DNA of 64,000 nucleotides. Source: an uncultured virus (IMG/VR IMGVR_UViG_3300024289_000017) (Duplodnaviria; Heunggongvirae; Uroviricota; Caudoviricetes). The notes beneath the pieces are model-generated. The model had not been told where the DNA came from. It was given only the letters and a program-made list of their open reading frames with translations, and searched no databases. This document shows, in pieces, positions 1-10,005 of this stretch. Positions within the stretch are counted from its first letter, which is position 1; each line of letters begins with the position of its first letter. The stretch lies in IMG/VR virus record IMGVR_UViG_3300024289_000017; one strand, given 5' to 3'. The position numbers and the translations under genes were made by a program.

Positions 1-728
1 TCTATCAAGGATTTGCTCTTGAAAAGATGAGCTTCATCGCCTATAATTACATTATATTCTTCAAAAAAAGATCTCTCTAGTTTATAAACAGACTGCCAAG
101 TTGTGATCGTTACAGAATATTCATTTGTTTTTTCTTTACCCGAATAAATACGGTGACAATATGAATCAGCATCCCAACCATAGTCTTGGAAATCCTTGTA
201 CATCTGCTCTACCAAAGATGTCGTTGGAACAACTAGAAGAATTTTTTGTCCTTTATCTACATAATACCTTACGAGGGAATAAATCATCAAGGATTTTCCT
301 GAGGCTGTGGGTGATATCAATAATTTTCGGTTATGTCGTAGAGCATCGTATACTCCCTCTACTTGATACTCCCGTGGAGAATGAGCACAAATAGATTTCA
401 TATAGTCTTTTACACCTTCATATGAAATATTTTGATTTATTTCGAAAGGTTGTCCGTAAAATTTGTTATCTTCAAACTTATAAGAATATCCGTATTGATT
501 GCAAAAATTTACAATTTTATCTAAGAGACCAACATATATTTGTTTCGATCTCATATCATATAAATGAATTTCTCCATTCCAATTTCTACCTCTATACTGA
601 GGCATAAATTTTGCATTAGGAACCTCAAACTTAAAGTGATCTCTAAGTTCATACTCAATATGAGGTTCTGTATTGATTTTTAAAAATACTTCGTTTGATT
701 TAGAAATAATAAGATCGGTTGTGTTCAC
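1..728 (-). CDS. uvsW: UvsW RNA-DNA/DNA-DNA helicase (partial, runs off window start)
   Basis: Not in ORF track. Manual translation from GTG at 728: MNTTDLIISKSNEVFLKINTEPHIEYELRDHFKFEVPNAKFMPQYRGRNWNGEIHLYD. Lies directly after uvsY; TAAATA at 750-755. Confidence 0.9.
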   Translation of the reverse strand, partial: MNTTDLIISKSNEVFLKINTEPHIEYELRDHFKFEVPNAKFMPQYRGRNWNGEIHLYDMRSKQIYVGLLDKIVNFCNQYGYSYKFEDNKFYGQPFEINQNISYEGVKDYMKSICAHSPREYQVEGVYDALRHNRKLLISPTASGKSLMIYSLVRYYVDKGQKILLVVPTTSLVEQMYKDFQDYGWDADSYCHRIYSGKEKTNEYSVTITTWQSVYKLERSFFEEYNVIIGDEAHLFKSKSLI

Positions 729-756
729 GATGATTCATTCATCTGTGAATATTTAT

Positions 757-1194
757 TTACCCTAGTCCAGCGTTAAATCTCATAAATTCAATTGCATTCT
801 TGATTTGATATGTTCTATTTTGAATCATTTTTAAAATGCTTTCAATATAAACAAGCATAGTGTCATAATAATCTATTTTCAAACAAACAGTTGACAATTT
901 TTCATCGGCATCCAAATATTTTTGCATAGTGTCTTTATCCCTGATTTTTTTGGGAAATGGATTTTCCACATAAACATCAGGATCTGCCTTCCCAGAATAG
1001 TATTCATATCTTTCATGTCTAATATTTCTTTTTTGTTGTTCTGCTTTTTTTCTCAACAAAAAAATGGTATTGTATAGATCAAAATATTTTGCGTGAAGGA
1101 TGGGAATATTTGTAGATTCCGTATGAAGATTATCCATGTCAATTTTGGAGTCCTGCTCCCACATTTTTTGAATAGTATCAAGATCAAAACTCAT
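757..1194 (-). CDS. uvsY: UvsY recombination mediator
   Basis: 145 aa ending NRTYQIKNAIEFMRFNAGLG; gp3-uvsY-uvsW synteny. Confidence 0.9.
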   Translation of the reverse strand: MSFDLDTIQKMWEQDSKIDMDNLHTESTNIPILHAKYFDLYNTIFLLRKKAEQQKRNIRHERYEYYSGKADPDVYVENPFPKKIRDKDTMQKYLDADEKLSTVCLKIDYYDTMLVYIESILKMIQNRTYQIKNAIEFMRFNAGLG

Positions 1195-1751
1195 AAAGGA
1201 TCGCCATTCAAATCTGTAATATTAAACATAGTATACTTGAAAGATACTTCTGCTGTAAAGTATTGAATGTCTGTTTCTGTAGCATCAAATTGTAATGTAG
1301 TCAAATTATAAGGAAACAAGTCTCTAAATTTTATTTTAAAGTTTGCATTTTGGCTGCTTGTTAAAACAGTTAAAGTTCCATCCGAATACAGATTCATCAA
1401 TCCTTTTCTTGGTTGATTCATATTTGGATTTGAAGTTTGTAATTCGTATATTTCTTCCAAGGATTCGGGAAATCCAAGACCACGAATCCAGTTTGAAATT
1501 TCAGTGTAATTCGTCAAATCCTCATCAACTAAAAACCTAAGAGTGAAATCTTCAAACTCTATCTTTTCCCCAGGTTGAGGTATGTCTCTCAAATATGATG
1601 GTTGATTGGCAATTCCTAAAGTTAATCCAGGTATATTTGCAGAATTACTAAAAAAGGCAACTTTAGGTGCTCTATTTAAAATAAATTTAAATCCAACAGG
1701 TGCTAGAAAATTTCTATTCTGTATTTGATTCTTAAATGAGTTGGTCGTCAT
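1191..1751 (-). CDS. gp3: Tail completion / sheath stabilizer gp3
   Basis: NRNFLAPVGFKF, ANIPGLTLG, FLVDEDLTNY, FRDLFP motifs; follows gp23. Confidence 0.9.
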   Translation of the reverse strand: MTTNSFKNQIQNRNFLAPVGFKFILNRAPKVAFFSNSANIPGLTLGIANQPSYLRDIPQPGEKIEFEDFTLRFLVDEDLTNYTEISNWIRGLGFPESLEEIYELQTSNPNMNQPRKGLMNLYSDGTLTVLTSSQNANFKIKFRDLFPYNLTTLQFDATETDIQYFTAEVSFKYTMFNITDLNGDPL

Positions 1752-1767
1752 TTTTTTAAATATTTAG

Positions 1768-1797
1768 ATAAAAAAAGAGACCCTTTTGGGGTCTCTC
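1768..1797 (-). terminator. Rho-independent terminator after gp23
   Basis: Minus strand reads GAGAGACCCC-AAAA-GGGTCTC followed by a T-run. Confidence 0.85.
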
Positions 1798-1818
1798 GAT
1801 AATCTTATGTGATATTGA

Positions 1819-3249
1819 TCACATGAGGTTCTTAACAGCAACTCTTCTGTAGTAGCGGTTCTGGTTGGTCTGAAGACGACCGAGACCCTGATTGGTTCCT
1901 TCTGCAAATGGGTTAGCAACAAGACCATAACGGGTCTTAAAGCCAATCTTAGGCTGGAAGGAGTTCTCACCAACGGCACGAACCATTTGGAGAGGAACAT
2001 AAGGACAATAGAAGAGTCCAGCGTCATAAGGGGAAGCACCCTTATAACCAACAACATAATACTGGTTACCTGGTGAGGTGTTACCCGCAGTGAGGTTAGC
2101 AGAATATGGGTCAATGTAGACGCGGAATTTGCCCATTAGAGTACCAGCAAAAGTATTGCCGGTGTCATCAACAGACAGATTAGCGTTAAGTGCAGGGGTG
2201 TAGTCTAGAACACCAGCCATGGTTAGTGCTGAAGCAACATCAGCAGAACACATGATGATGTTACCCTTTCCGCGACGAGTTCTTTGTGCGATTGCGTTAG
2301 CATCACGCTCGATTTGGAATAGGAGACCCTTGAACTTCTCAACTGACCAACGACCGTTGGAGTCAACATCGAGGTCGAAGATACCAGCTGTTGCAGTGTT
2401 TTGAACAGCACCCTGTTCAGCAACCTTATAGATGGTTCTGATAACTTCGCGGTTGATTTCAGCAAGAATCTCAGTTGAGAGAATGTTTGCTAATTCCGCT
2501 TCAGCATTCAGACCATGGATTGCCTTGAGGTCTTGAGCGAGTTCTAATGAGTACTCAGCTTTCAGAGCGCGTGACTTTGCAGTAACAGTGACTTTCTCGA
2601 TTGAGAATGCCATCTGGTTGAATGCATCACCAGCTGTACCATCAAGGTTTTCTGCGTCGCCAGTAACCATACCCTGACCTACATTGTAGGCGGTTGAGGT
2701 TGCGCTACCAACTGGGTTTAGAACTGATGGGTTGCTTCCTGCTTGTGCAGTAGTACCCATACCAACGCCAACTTCAGTAAATCCTGCAGCCTCATCAAAA
2801 CCTGCGTCTTGACCGGAGAATGCAGTATCTACTTCATTGAAGAAGGTTTCAGTTCCGCTTTGGTTGGTATAGCGGGAACGCATTGCGAAGATAAGTCCAG
2901 TAGGACCACTCATTGGTTGAACGCCAGCCAGGTCATAAGCGACCAGGTTGGGCATTGAACGACGAATGAGTGAAATCAGAACTGGATCAAAACCTGCAGT
3001 AGGACCACCAGCAGCGGAACCGCCACCGAAAGCACCACTAGCACCAGCAGCATTACCGCTGTTGGTTGGTGACTCCATGAGCATACTCATGGAACCGTTG
3101 TCGAAAGCAGATTGCTCTCTTAAAAATTTTTCTTGGTTTTCGAGCAGGACAGCGGTTACAGCTCTACGATGAGAATCTTTGATAGGGTCGATACCCTGAT
3201 AATCTAGTAGAGGTGCCCACTTTTCCTGCAGATGCTCAGAATGGAACAT
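1819..3249 (-). CDS. gp23: Major capsid protein gp23
   Basis: EKWAPLL, FDPVLISLIRRSMPNLVAYDLAGVQPMSGPTGLIFAMRSRY, KAEYSLELAQDLKAIHGL, FQPKIGFKTRYG. Confidence 0.99.
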   Translation of the reverse strand: MFHSEHLQEKWAPLLDYQGIDPIKDSHRRAVTAVLLENQEKFLREQSAFDNGSMSMLMESPTNSGNAAGASGAFGGGSAAGGPTAGFDPVLISLIRRSMPNLVAYDLAGVQPMSGPTGLIFAMRSRYTNQSGTETFFNEVDTAFSGQDAGFDEAAGFTEVGVGMGTTAQAGSNPSVLNPVGSATSTAYNVGQGMVTGDAENLDGTAGDAFNQMAFSIEKVTVTAKSRALKAEYSLELAQDLKAIHGLNAEAELANILSTEILAEINREVIRTIYKVAEQGAVQNTATAGIFDLDVDSNGRWSVEKFKGLLFQIERDANAIAQRTRRGKGNIIMCSADVASALTMAGVLDYTPALNANLSVDDTGNTFAGTLMGKFRVYIDPYSANLTAGNTSPGNQYYVVGYKGASPYDAGLFYCPYVPLQMVRAVGENSFQPKIGFKTRYGLVANPFAEGTNQGLGRLQTNQNRYYRRVAVKNLM

Positions 3250-3301
3250 TTGCGTTTACCTTTTTTACTAAAGTGATTTTTGGGTTTGATTAATATTAAG
3301 T

Positions 3302-4456
3302 TCAGTTTTTGGCGACTGCCTGAAGAGTTCTTAGGTAGGTAGCCATTTGACCGGAAATTACTTCAGGTGCTGGATCCATACCATCCGACAAAGTTTCAGT
3401 TCTGGCCTGTGGAGAAACTACTCTTGAAGGAAAATATGATTCCTTCAAAGTCTCCAGCTTTTCACGATATTTTGCTTCACTTTCAAACTCAACACTTTCG
3501 GCAAGTGAAGCGAGCTTGTCTTTCTGAGTGTCTGCTAGACCTTCAGCGACTTCTTCAAAGATTCCATCAGCAACCGACTCTGCGAGACGCTTGTTAAGTG
3601 AAATGTTCTTCTCAATTTGCTCGTTGAGTTTTGTCTCCATTTCATCAAGTTTTTCTACCATGCTTTCAAGCACATTATATTTATCTTCAGGGATTGATAC
3701 ATAATGTTCTTCAAAAAGACCCTTCATTCCTGCAAGGAATGATTCGGTCATTTCGGTCTTAAGACCGCTTTCAACTGCAAGAATATTTTCTTGCATCCAC
3801 TCTTCAGATACATACTCAAGGTATGCATCTACGCGCTCCGAAAGTTCAGTTTTAATTTCTTGAACTTCTTCTGCAAGAGCAGCAACATACTGCTCTTCAA
3901 GTGCTTCTTTAATATCAGAAACTTTGGAACGAAGAGCAGCTTCAAAAATGGTTCTTGCTTTTTCTTGGAACTCTTCGGAGAGTTCTTCGCCAGCAAGCAG
4001 AGCATTAACATCTTCTTCGATGCTAAACTCTTCTTCCATTTCTTCTTCTTCTTCTCCTTCCTCTTCTTCCTTCTTTTTGCCTTTCTTACCGCCTTCTTCT
4101 TCCTCTTCTCCTTCCTCTTCTTCCTTAGCGGCTTCTAGGAGCTCTTCATCTTCATCATACTCAAGTTCTTCATCTTCCTTAACACCTTTCATTGCTTCCG
4201 CAGGTTTAGCACCTTTGTTGACAACATCCTTAACTTGCTTAAGGGTTCCTCCAGGTGTTTTAAGTTTTGCAGAATCATCATCTGGACGGTAGTTGGAAGG
4301 ATCTGGACCTCCAAGATCTTCCCATCCGCCCGTTTGTCCATCAGGAATATTGCCTGATAGGTTTGGCATTGCTTCTCCAGCCTTTGCATTTGCATTAACG
4401 GCGGTTTTGGATTGCTTAGTGCCTACTTCCATTTCTTGTAAATCTCCACGAGACAT
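3302..4456 (-). CDS. gp22: Prohead core scaffold protein gp22
   Basis: Very acidic coiled-coil protein, LSEEFQEKARTIFEAAL; between gp21 and gp23. Confidence 0.92.
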   Translation of the reverse strand: MSRGDLQEMEVGTKQSKTAVNANAKAGEAMPNLSGNIPDGQTGGWEDLGGPDPSNYRPDDDSAKLKTPGGTLKQVKDVVNKGAKPAEAMKGVKEDEELEYDEDEELLEAAKEEEEGEEEEEGGKKGKKKEEEEGEEEEEMEEEFSIEEDVNALLAGEELSEEFQEKARTIFEAALRSKVSDIKEALEEQYVAALAEEVQEIKTELSERVDAYLEYVSEEWMQENILAVESGLKTEMTESFLAGMKGLFEEHYVSIPEDKYNVLESMVEKLDEMETKLNEQIEKNISLNKRLAESVADGIFEEVAEGLADTQKDKLASLAESVEFESEAKYREKLETLKESYFPSRVVSPQARTETLSDGMDPAPEVISGQMATYLRTLQAVAKN

Positions 4457-4491
4457 TTGAACTCTCCGATTAACCTTAGTAATTTAATCTA

Positions 4492-4497
4492 TATTTA
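4492..4497 (-). promoter_or_regulatory. T4-type late promoter TAAATA upstream of gp22-gp23 (representative copy)
   Basis: TAAATA on the minus strand in short intergenic gaps; also at about 750, 1761, 5740, 7590, 9315, 12223, 15912, 19644, 22588, 29842, 44683, 55582 and 58704. Confidence 0.8.
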
Positions 4498-4513
4498 TTT
4501 ATAAATTAATAAA

Positions 4514-5167
4514 TTACAATGAATTTAAAAACTCATTGAATAATTTAATTTTATGTTCTTCTAGTATTCTTTGATCAACTAGAGCATTAATTTTTCTTTT
4601 GGTATTCTCTGCTAATTTCTCTCGCAAAATACCACCATCCCAAATCCACTCTTTACCTTCCATAATTCCCTGAACAAAAGCGTCAGGTGCAGAAGGATCT
4701 GCAACAATATCTGCTGCAGTTGCAAGCATAAAATCTTCACCAACTTCTTTAAATCCTTTAGTATTTTCTCTTAAAGAACCAATTCCACGAGATGAAACAC
4801 CAAGAGTCACTCCATCTTTGAGAAGTGATTCGGCAATTTTACCCATTGGAGTGGATAAAATTTGTGCCTTACCAATAAAGTTATTACCACTTTGCTTGAG
4901 TTCTGTAATTTTATGAGAAACTCTATCAAGATTTACAGTAGGTCCATCTGGATGACCTAATTCGCCAAGTGCTCTACCTTTTTGAACATAATTTTCATTA
5001 TAACGGTTAACTTCTCTTTCCATAATTTGGAAAGGATACATTCTACCATTACGATTAACACATTCACTTTGGAGGAAAACTCCCTGAATATAAAGTTGTT
5101 TTTTACCACCTACAGTTTCGGTGATAACTTCTACTTTTTCTACTTCTTCTCTGATAAGTTTCATCAT
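4514..5167 (-). CDS. gp21: Prohead protease gp21
   Basis: NRNGRMYP, ALGELGHP, VSSRGIGS, DIVADPSAPDAFV. Confidence 0.97.
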   Translation of the reverse strand: MMKLIREEVEKVEVITETVGGKKQLYIQGVFLQSECVNRNGRMYPFQIMEREVNRYNENYVQKGRALGELGHPDGPTVNLDRVSHKITELKQSGNNFIGKAQILSTPMGKIAESLLKDGVTLGVSSRGIGSLRENTKGFKEVGEDFMLATAADIVADPSAPDAFVQGIMEGKEWIWDGGILREKLAENTKRKINALVDQRILEEHKIKLFNEFLNSL

Positions 5168-5715
5168 GCTTGTCCTGAGATTTGTACTTGTTGGTAATAA
5201 AGAGTTCCTGAACCGACACCATATGCAGAAACTTTATTTGAAATCGAAACACTAGCATCTGTTGGGGCAAATGCAGTTAAAATTCCACTAGAGTTATTAT
5301 CTACGGTCATTCTTGTTTGATAATAACCATTTATACCGGCACTCGTATCAACTGACAAAACTTGTTTATGAGTGAAATCATAATATGACTGACCACCAAC
5401 TGTTAAAGATACATAATCACCAACCCCAAATGGAACTTGAGTTCCTTCTGGAACAATAATAGTTGTTGTTGTACCTGTAGTAACTCCAACAACTTTATTT
5501 GATGCTTTAGTCAATGCAAGAGTTTCTGATCCACCAGAAGAAATATAATAATCAGTGGAAGTTGCTGAAGGATTTCCTCCCACAGAAATATGAGCTGCTC
5601 CTCCAACAGCAACCACTCTCAAAACACTTGATTGTACTGAAAATGCAGATGATGTTGTTGCAGCACCTGCAGTAAATGTAAATGAGGAACCTGCCCCAAC
5701 TGGTCTGTGAGCCAT
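5164..5715 (-). CDS. Putative virion structural protein
   Basis: 183 aa, G/S/T-rich; TAAATA upstream; in head cluster. Confidence 0.6.
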   Translation of the reverse strand: MAHRPVGAGSSFTFTAGAATTSSAFSVQSSVLRVVAVGGAAHISVGGNPSATSTDYYISSGGSETLALTKASNKVVGVTTGTTTTIIVPEGTQVPFGVGDYVSLTVGGQSYYDFTHKQVLSVDTSAGINGYYQTRMTVDNNSSGILTAFAPTDASVSISNKVSAYGVGSGTLYYQQVQISGQA

Positions 5716-5753
5716 TATTTTTAATAATACACTTTTAGTTATTTATTATTTAA

Positions 5754-7079
5754 TCAAGTTAAGTCATAAAAACTCAAAGCACCAATACAATTTCCACTTC
5801 CAGAAATTGCTCTAACTGCTAATGTAAATGTGTCACTAACTTTTGCTTGAGTTCTTCCAAGTTGTAAATCCCAATTATATTCTGTATTTTCGTTTAAAGC
5901 AGTTGATGCTTTATTTGCAGATGAAATATATTCTGCTCTAACAACTGTTCCACCAGACATAGAAGTTGCAGTTGTATTTTGCTCCACATTTGGAGATGAA
6001 GAATTTACCCAACTTCCGCCACTGAGAGTTGCATTTTTAATGAGAGCGACTTCATAATAAACTGATGTTGCACTATCTGGAAGTGCATTAATTTGATTCG
6101 GAAGAATAACTGCATCTTCTCTTCCTGCTTTGAGACGAATACTTACAAGAGGAATAAAAGTTGTAGATGCTACTGAAACTAGTGCATCTTGTCTTGCTAC
6201 ATCTGATGCAACCCTTTTTTCATAACCACCATTAGATTGAATAGAAACGCATATCTGTTTCATTGTTGATGTAGATGTTGTGACTCCAGTGTTTAATATT
6301 TCATATCTAACTGGAAGTGTAGCAGTTGTCATATATGTACTATTAATTGTATTTGCATGATTAAAGATATGAGTAATATGAAAATTACCATCCTTATTTA
6401 CAAATCCGCAACGAACTGCACCAACACCTAACCACTCATATTCGGTGAACATAATTTGTGCCATTGATAAATCCAATCTATGTCCACTTGAATTTTTAGA
6501 TGTTGTTCCCACTCCAACACCATCATAAGTATCAATATTCCATTCGGATTGTGGAACTTTAATTTCTGTGCTAATACCAGATCTTTCAGTTCTCATTACC
6601 CAGTATACTGTGGTAATTCCAGTAGAATCAGTTGCTTGTTCTAAAACTACGCCATTTGTTGATGATGCATAACCAACTCTTTGAGTAAGATTTGCTTTTG
6701 GTGATGCCATTACAAATGTTTGAAAAACTTGTAATGCTTTACCAGGTTGATATGAAAATACTCTTTTACTTTCTCTTACAATAGAACAACCTGCAGTAGT
6801 ACCAATTCCTAATGTTGCAGTACTTTGATGTGTTATAATTCCAACAGTAGATCCTGCTCCAAGAATTACATCATCAAAATCACCATCTTGAGAATATCTA
6901 TGAGTTGAGTCAAAAAGAGTAAATGGTTGTGATACTTTTAATCTACCAAAAAGATCTCCTGAAAATCCTTGACCTAATGGATCAAAAATATTTCCAAATT
7001 TATCTGCTTGTAAAAAAACCTCAAAAAGACTTCTTTCTTGGTTCAAATAATCTTGAGTATTCTTATTCCACTGAGCCAT
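5754..7079 (-). CDS. Putative virion protein, beta-rich
   Basis: 441 aa with DLFGRLKVSQPFTLFDS, YQPGK, WLGVGAVRCGF motifs; between portal and protease. Confidence 0.55.
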   Translation of the reverse strand: MAQWNKNTQDYLNQERSLFEVFLQADKFGNIFDPLGQGFSGDLFGRLKVSQPFTLFDSTHRYSQDGDFDDVILGAGSTVGIITHQSTATLGIGTTAGCSIVRESKRVFSYQPGKALQVFQTFVMASPKANLTQRVGYASSTNGVVLEQATDSTGITTVYWVMRTERSGISTEIKVPQSEWNIDTYDGVGVGTTSKNSSGHRLDLSMAQIMFTEYEWLGVGAVRCGFVNKDGNFHITHIFNHANTINSTYMTTATLPVRYEILNTGVTTSTSTMKQICVSIQSNGGYEKRVASDVARQDALVSVASTTFIPLVSIRLKAGREDAVILPNQINALPDSATSVYYEVALIKNATLSGGSWVNSSSPNVEQNTTATSMSGGTVVRAEYISSANKASTALNENTEYNWDLQLGRTQAKVSDTFTLAVRAISGSGNCIGALSFYDLT

Positions 7080-7082
7080 TTA

Positions 7083-7403
7083 TCAATCAATCCATTCTAA
7101 TTTTGATGGGTGGTATCTGCTTGCTTTTTTAATATTGCAGTTCTTTTCTGCAATTGGATAAATCTGGTGAACAATTGCACCTGGATATTCTGCTTGCAAT
7201 TCTTCACCTAAAGATTGTTTTGATGGAATACCAGTTCTGCTGGTCAATTCCATCCTATAAAGACTTCCATTCCATACTACATCTGCAACATATCCTTCAC
7301 CAACTGATTGTTGTTCTGGTTGAGAAGAATTGATGTAAAGATTTCCGTTAAAATCTCCGGAAATATTTACTGATTCTGAGATGAATTGTTGAAATGATTT
7401 CAT
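7083..7403 (-). CDS. Hypothetical protein with capsid-targeting-like N-terminus (putative internal head protein)
   Basis: Starts MKSFQQFISE, resembling the T4 internal-protein CTS MKTYQEFIAE. Confidence 0.55.
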   Translation of the reverse strand: MKSFQQFISESVNISGDFNGNLYINSSQPEQQSVGEGYVADVVWNGSLYRMELTSRTGIPSKQSLGEELQAEYPGAIVHQIYPIAEKNCNIKKASRYHPSKLEWID

Positions 7404-7561
7404 TGTTCCTCTTCTACTTCTCCAGAAAACATTGAAACTGCAACAGAAGGTCGGAAAGAATCTATTTTTTCTGCTGATTTTGTGAATAAAAGTTCTTTAA
7501 TTTTGTCGCTAATCTGAGAAGGTGATTCGTCAGAGACAATCATATCCATAAGATCATCCAT
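7400..7561 (-). CDS. Small prohead core protein (gp67/gp68 position), 53 aa
   Basis: Not in track: MDDLMDMIVSDESPSQISDKIKELLFTKSAEKIDSFRPSVAVSMFSGEVEEEQ. TAAATA at 7590; directly after portal. Confidence 0.7.
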   Translation of the reverse strand: MDDLMDMIVSDESPSQISDKIKELLFTKSAEKIDSFRPSVAVSMFSGEVEEEQ

Positions 7562-7595
7562 TTTTAATAAACTCATAAGTAATCTCTAGTATTTA

Positions 7596-9290
7596 TTAAA
7601 TTTCTCCACCCTTAGGCATTTCTGCAATTTTACCACTTGCTTCGGTGGCAGCACCTTGAGCATCTAAATTTGGTTCCATCACTGGTTGTCCCAAATTCAT
7701 TCCTGCAGGTTGTTGTCCAGGTTCTAATGGCATACCTGTCATTGGATCTATTGGTGCATTTGGATCTGGAATAATACCATCTTTAATTTCTTTTTTCATA
7801 ATTTTATCCTGCTCAAGAATTTCTTCATCAGTTTGACGAAGAATCTTTCTTCTCAAATAATCTTGAGAAAAATACTTTCCAACATAAGGTTCTGCAATCT
7901 GAACCATATTCAATCTTTCATTGAGTAACTCAGCATCCTTGAGTTCAGCAAAGTGATTATCATATAAGAAGTCATATTGAATATGCTCACTCATAATTTC
8001 CCAGTCTTCTGGAGTGATAATATTTTTGAGAATCAATTGCGTTCTCAACATATCATGGAACATGTATGAGAATCTTTTTCTCAAACGAGCAACAAACTTG
8101 CTAAACTTAACTTCATCTCTCAGAATTTCTGATGACCGACCAAGATTAAATCCACCTTCTCCATCCATTCTTGATGGTGGGACATTTAGTGAACGATAAA
8201 GTTTCTTCTTAAAATATTCAATATCTGTAATCTCTCCAAGGTTTTGACCACCAGGAAGTGTAGAGATTTCAGTTCCTCTACCACCTTCTCTTCTTGGGAG
8301 CCAGAAGTCCTCAAGCATTGCCATGAATTTTTTATCATCGCGAATTTCTCCGGTGCTTGCATCATATACCAGTTTATTGCGATAACGCATCATAACATCA
8401 CGAAGATATTGTTCCGCCTTAACCTTTGGTAGATTACCTACATCAATATAAAAAATTCTTCTTTCTGGCGCACGAGACAGACGATAAATTACCAGTGAGT
8501 CTTCAATCATTCGCAGTTGATTGAGGGACTTGATTGCTTTATGAAGATATGAAAGTGTTGATCCCTTATTCCTATCTACAAGACCTGAGGTGCAATATGT
8601 GATAGAATCCTTTGACATTTTAATTCCAGTATTTCCACCTAAAGAAGATGGATTTGTGGTTGGATATGTCATCTTTGGATTATAGATGAAATATTCCTCA
8701 ATTTCAGGAAACTCATAATCCATTGGATTATCAGCATTTATATTAGACAGTCTATATCTGTTGTTATCTTTCTCATTCTTTTTATGTTGTCTCACATAAC
8801 GCATTTTAATTGCGTCTATGTAACGAAGTTCTTGAATTCCTTCTTGTGGATTCTTTAGATCAATTACTTTGTGATAAAATAACCTTCCATCAATATACCA
8901 ATTCCTATAAATTTCGTGAGATTTTTTATCAAAATCTAAAAGTGATAAAATATGTTTGAATTCTTGTCGTATTTTATTCTTAATACCATCACTAGCGTTC
9001 AGATTTGAAAGTTCAATTTCTACTGGACTGTCATTTGTATCCGACACTATGGCTTCATTTACAATATCTTCAATGGCACTATCACACTCTGGATGAAGTG
9101 CCATTTCACGATATCTTTTAATTAAATCAAATTCAGTTCTATAAACACCTTCAATATCTACATATGAACCAAAAAAACCACTACTCAAGTAGTGGTCTGA
9201 CCCATCCTCATTATTTGGAGGAACGGGAGAGACCGTACTTGGAGATAGTGGTTCATTATCCTCAATAGAGAATCCAAATAATTTTGACAT
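7596..9290 (-). CDS. gp20: Portal vertex protein gp20
   Basis: LVIYRLSRAPERRIFYIDVGNLPK, EDFWLPRREGGRGTEISTLPGG. Confidence 0.99.
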   Translation of the reverse strand: MSKLFGFSIEDNEPLSPSTVSPVPPNNEDGSDHYLSSGFFGSYVDIEGVYRTEFDLIKRYREMALHPECDSAIEDIVNEAIVSDTNDSPVEIELSNLNASDGIKNKIRQEFKHILSLLDFDKKSHEIYRNWYIDGRLFYHKVIDLKNPQEGIQELRYIDAIKMRYVRQHKKNEKDNNRYRLSNINADNPMDYEFPEIEEYFIYNPKMTYPTTNPSSLGGNTGIKMSKDSITYCTSGLVDRNKGSTLSYLHKAIKSLNQLRMIEDSLVIYRLSRAPERRIFYIDVGNLPKVKAEQYLRDVMMRYRNKLVYDASTGEIRDDKKFMAMLEDFWLPRREGGRGTEISTLPGGQNLGEITDIEYFKKKLYRSLNVPPSRMDGEGGFNLGRSSEILRDEVKFSKFVARLRKRFSYMFHDMLRTQLILKNIITPEDWEIMSEHIQYDFLYDNHFAELKDAELLNERLNMVQIAEPYVGKYFSQDYLRRKILRQTDEEILEQDKIMKKEIKDGIIPDPNAPIDPMTGMPLEPGQQPAGMNLGQPVMEPNLDAQGAATEASGKIAEMPKGGEI

Positions 9291-9320
9291 GATTTATTGA
9301 AATTGGTTTCTGACTATTTA

Positions 9321-9971
9321 TCAGCTAATTTGAACACCAGTTGCATCATTTCTAGCTGGACCTTTTCCTGCACTCCAGTATTGAACTTGGAACTCTACAG
9401 TATATTCTTCAATTGCATCTGAAGAATCATATGAAAGATCAATTGCAGAAATTGCAGTTGGGAAAATTCCATCAAATTTGTAAGTTCTTAATGGAGTAAC
9501 ATCAACAGAAGGTTGTGCAGCACCACCATTATTTGTGGTAGAAAATCTTCCCTTATCATATCCTCTGCCAAGTTGGTGTACAAAGGCATCGGTCATATAG
9601 GAACTTGGATTAGTAGCACCGCTATTATTATCAAGTTTGCTGATATTATTCATCCACAATTCAAAAGCACTTCTTAATTGGAAATCTTCATCATTGATGA
9701 TAGTGACTGTCCAAACATCGAAGGTTCTATCACCCGCAACTTTCAAAATTCTACCTCTAAAAGGTACATCAATTGAAGCAATATTTGAAGCAGGAAGAGC
9801 AGCTGCTTTACATAGAAACTTAAATGTTTCTATTTGATTGCTACTACCAGTTTTCCAAAAATTTGTTAATGGAGCTGGGAAAGATGGTATTTCAACTTCA
9901 AATAGATTAGGTCTTGCGCCACCTCCAGCAAGTCTTTCTTTAAAACCTGTGATTGTTCTGAGAGTAGACAT
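9321..9971 (-). CDS. gp19: Tail tube protein gp19
   Basis: GGGARPNLFEV, PFRGRILKVAGDRTF, IEEYTVEFQVQYW. Confidence 0.97.
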   Translation of the reverse strand: MSTLRTITGFKERLAGGGARPNLFEVEIPSFPAPLTNFWKTGSSNQIETFKFLCKAAALPASNIASIDVPFRGRILKVAGDRTFDVWTVTIINDEDFQLRSAFELWMNNISKLDNNSGATNPSSYMTDAFVHQLGRGYDKGRFSTTNNGGAAQPSVDVTPLRTYKFDGIFPTAISAIDLSYDSSDAIEEYTVEFQVQYWSAGKGPARNDATGVQIS

Positions 9972-10005
9972 TTTTTAGTTCCTCCTTTTGATTAATTTAA
10001 ATTAA

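Noticed and set aside
125..607. Plus-strand ORFs 125-394 and 422-607
   Set aside because: Antisense to uvsW, which occupies the minus strand
1764..4395. Alternative-frame and antisense ORFs inside gp23 and gp22
   Set aside because: Shadow ORFs from codon bias and Glu-rich low complexity
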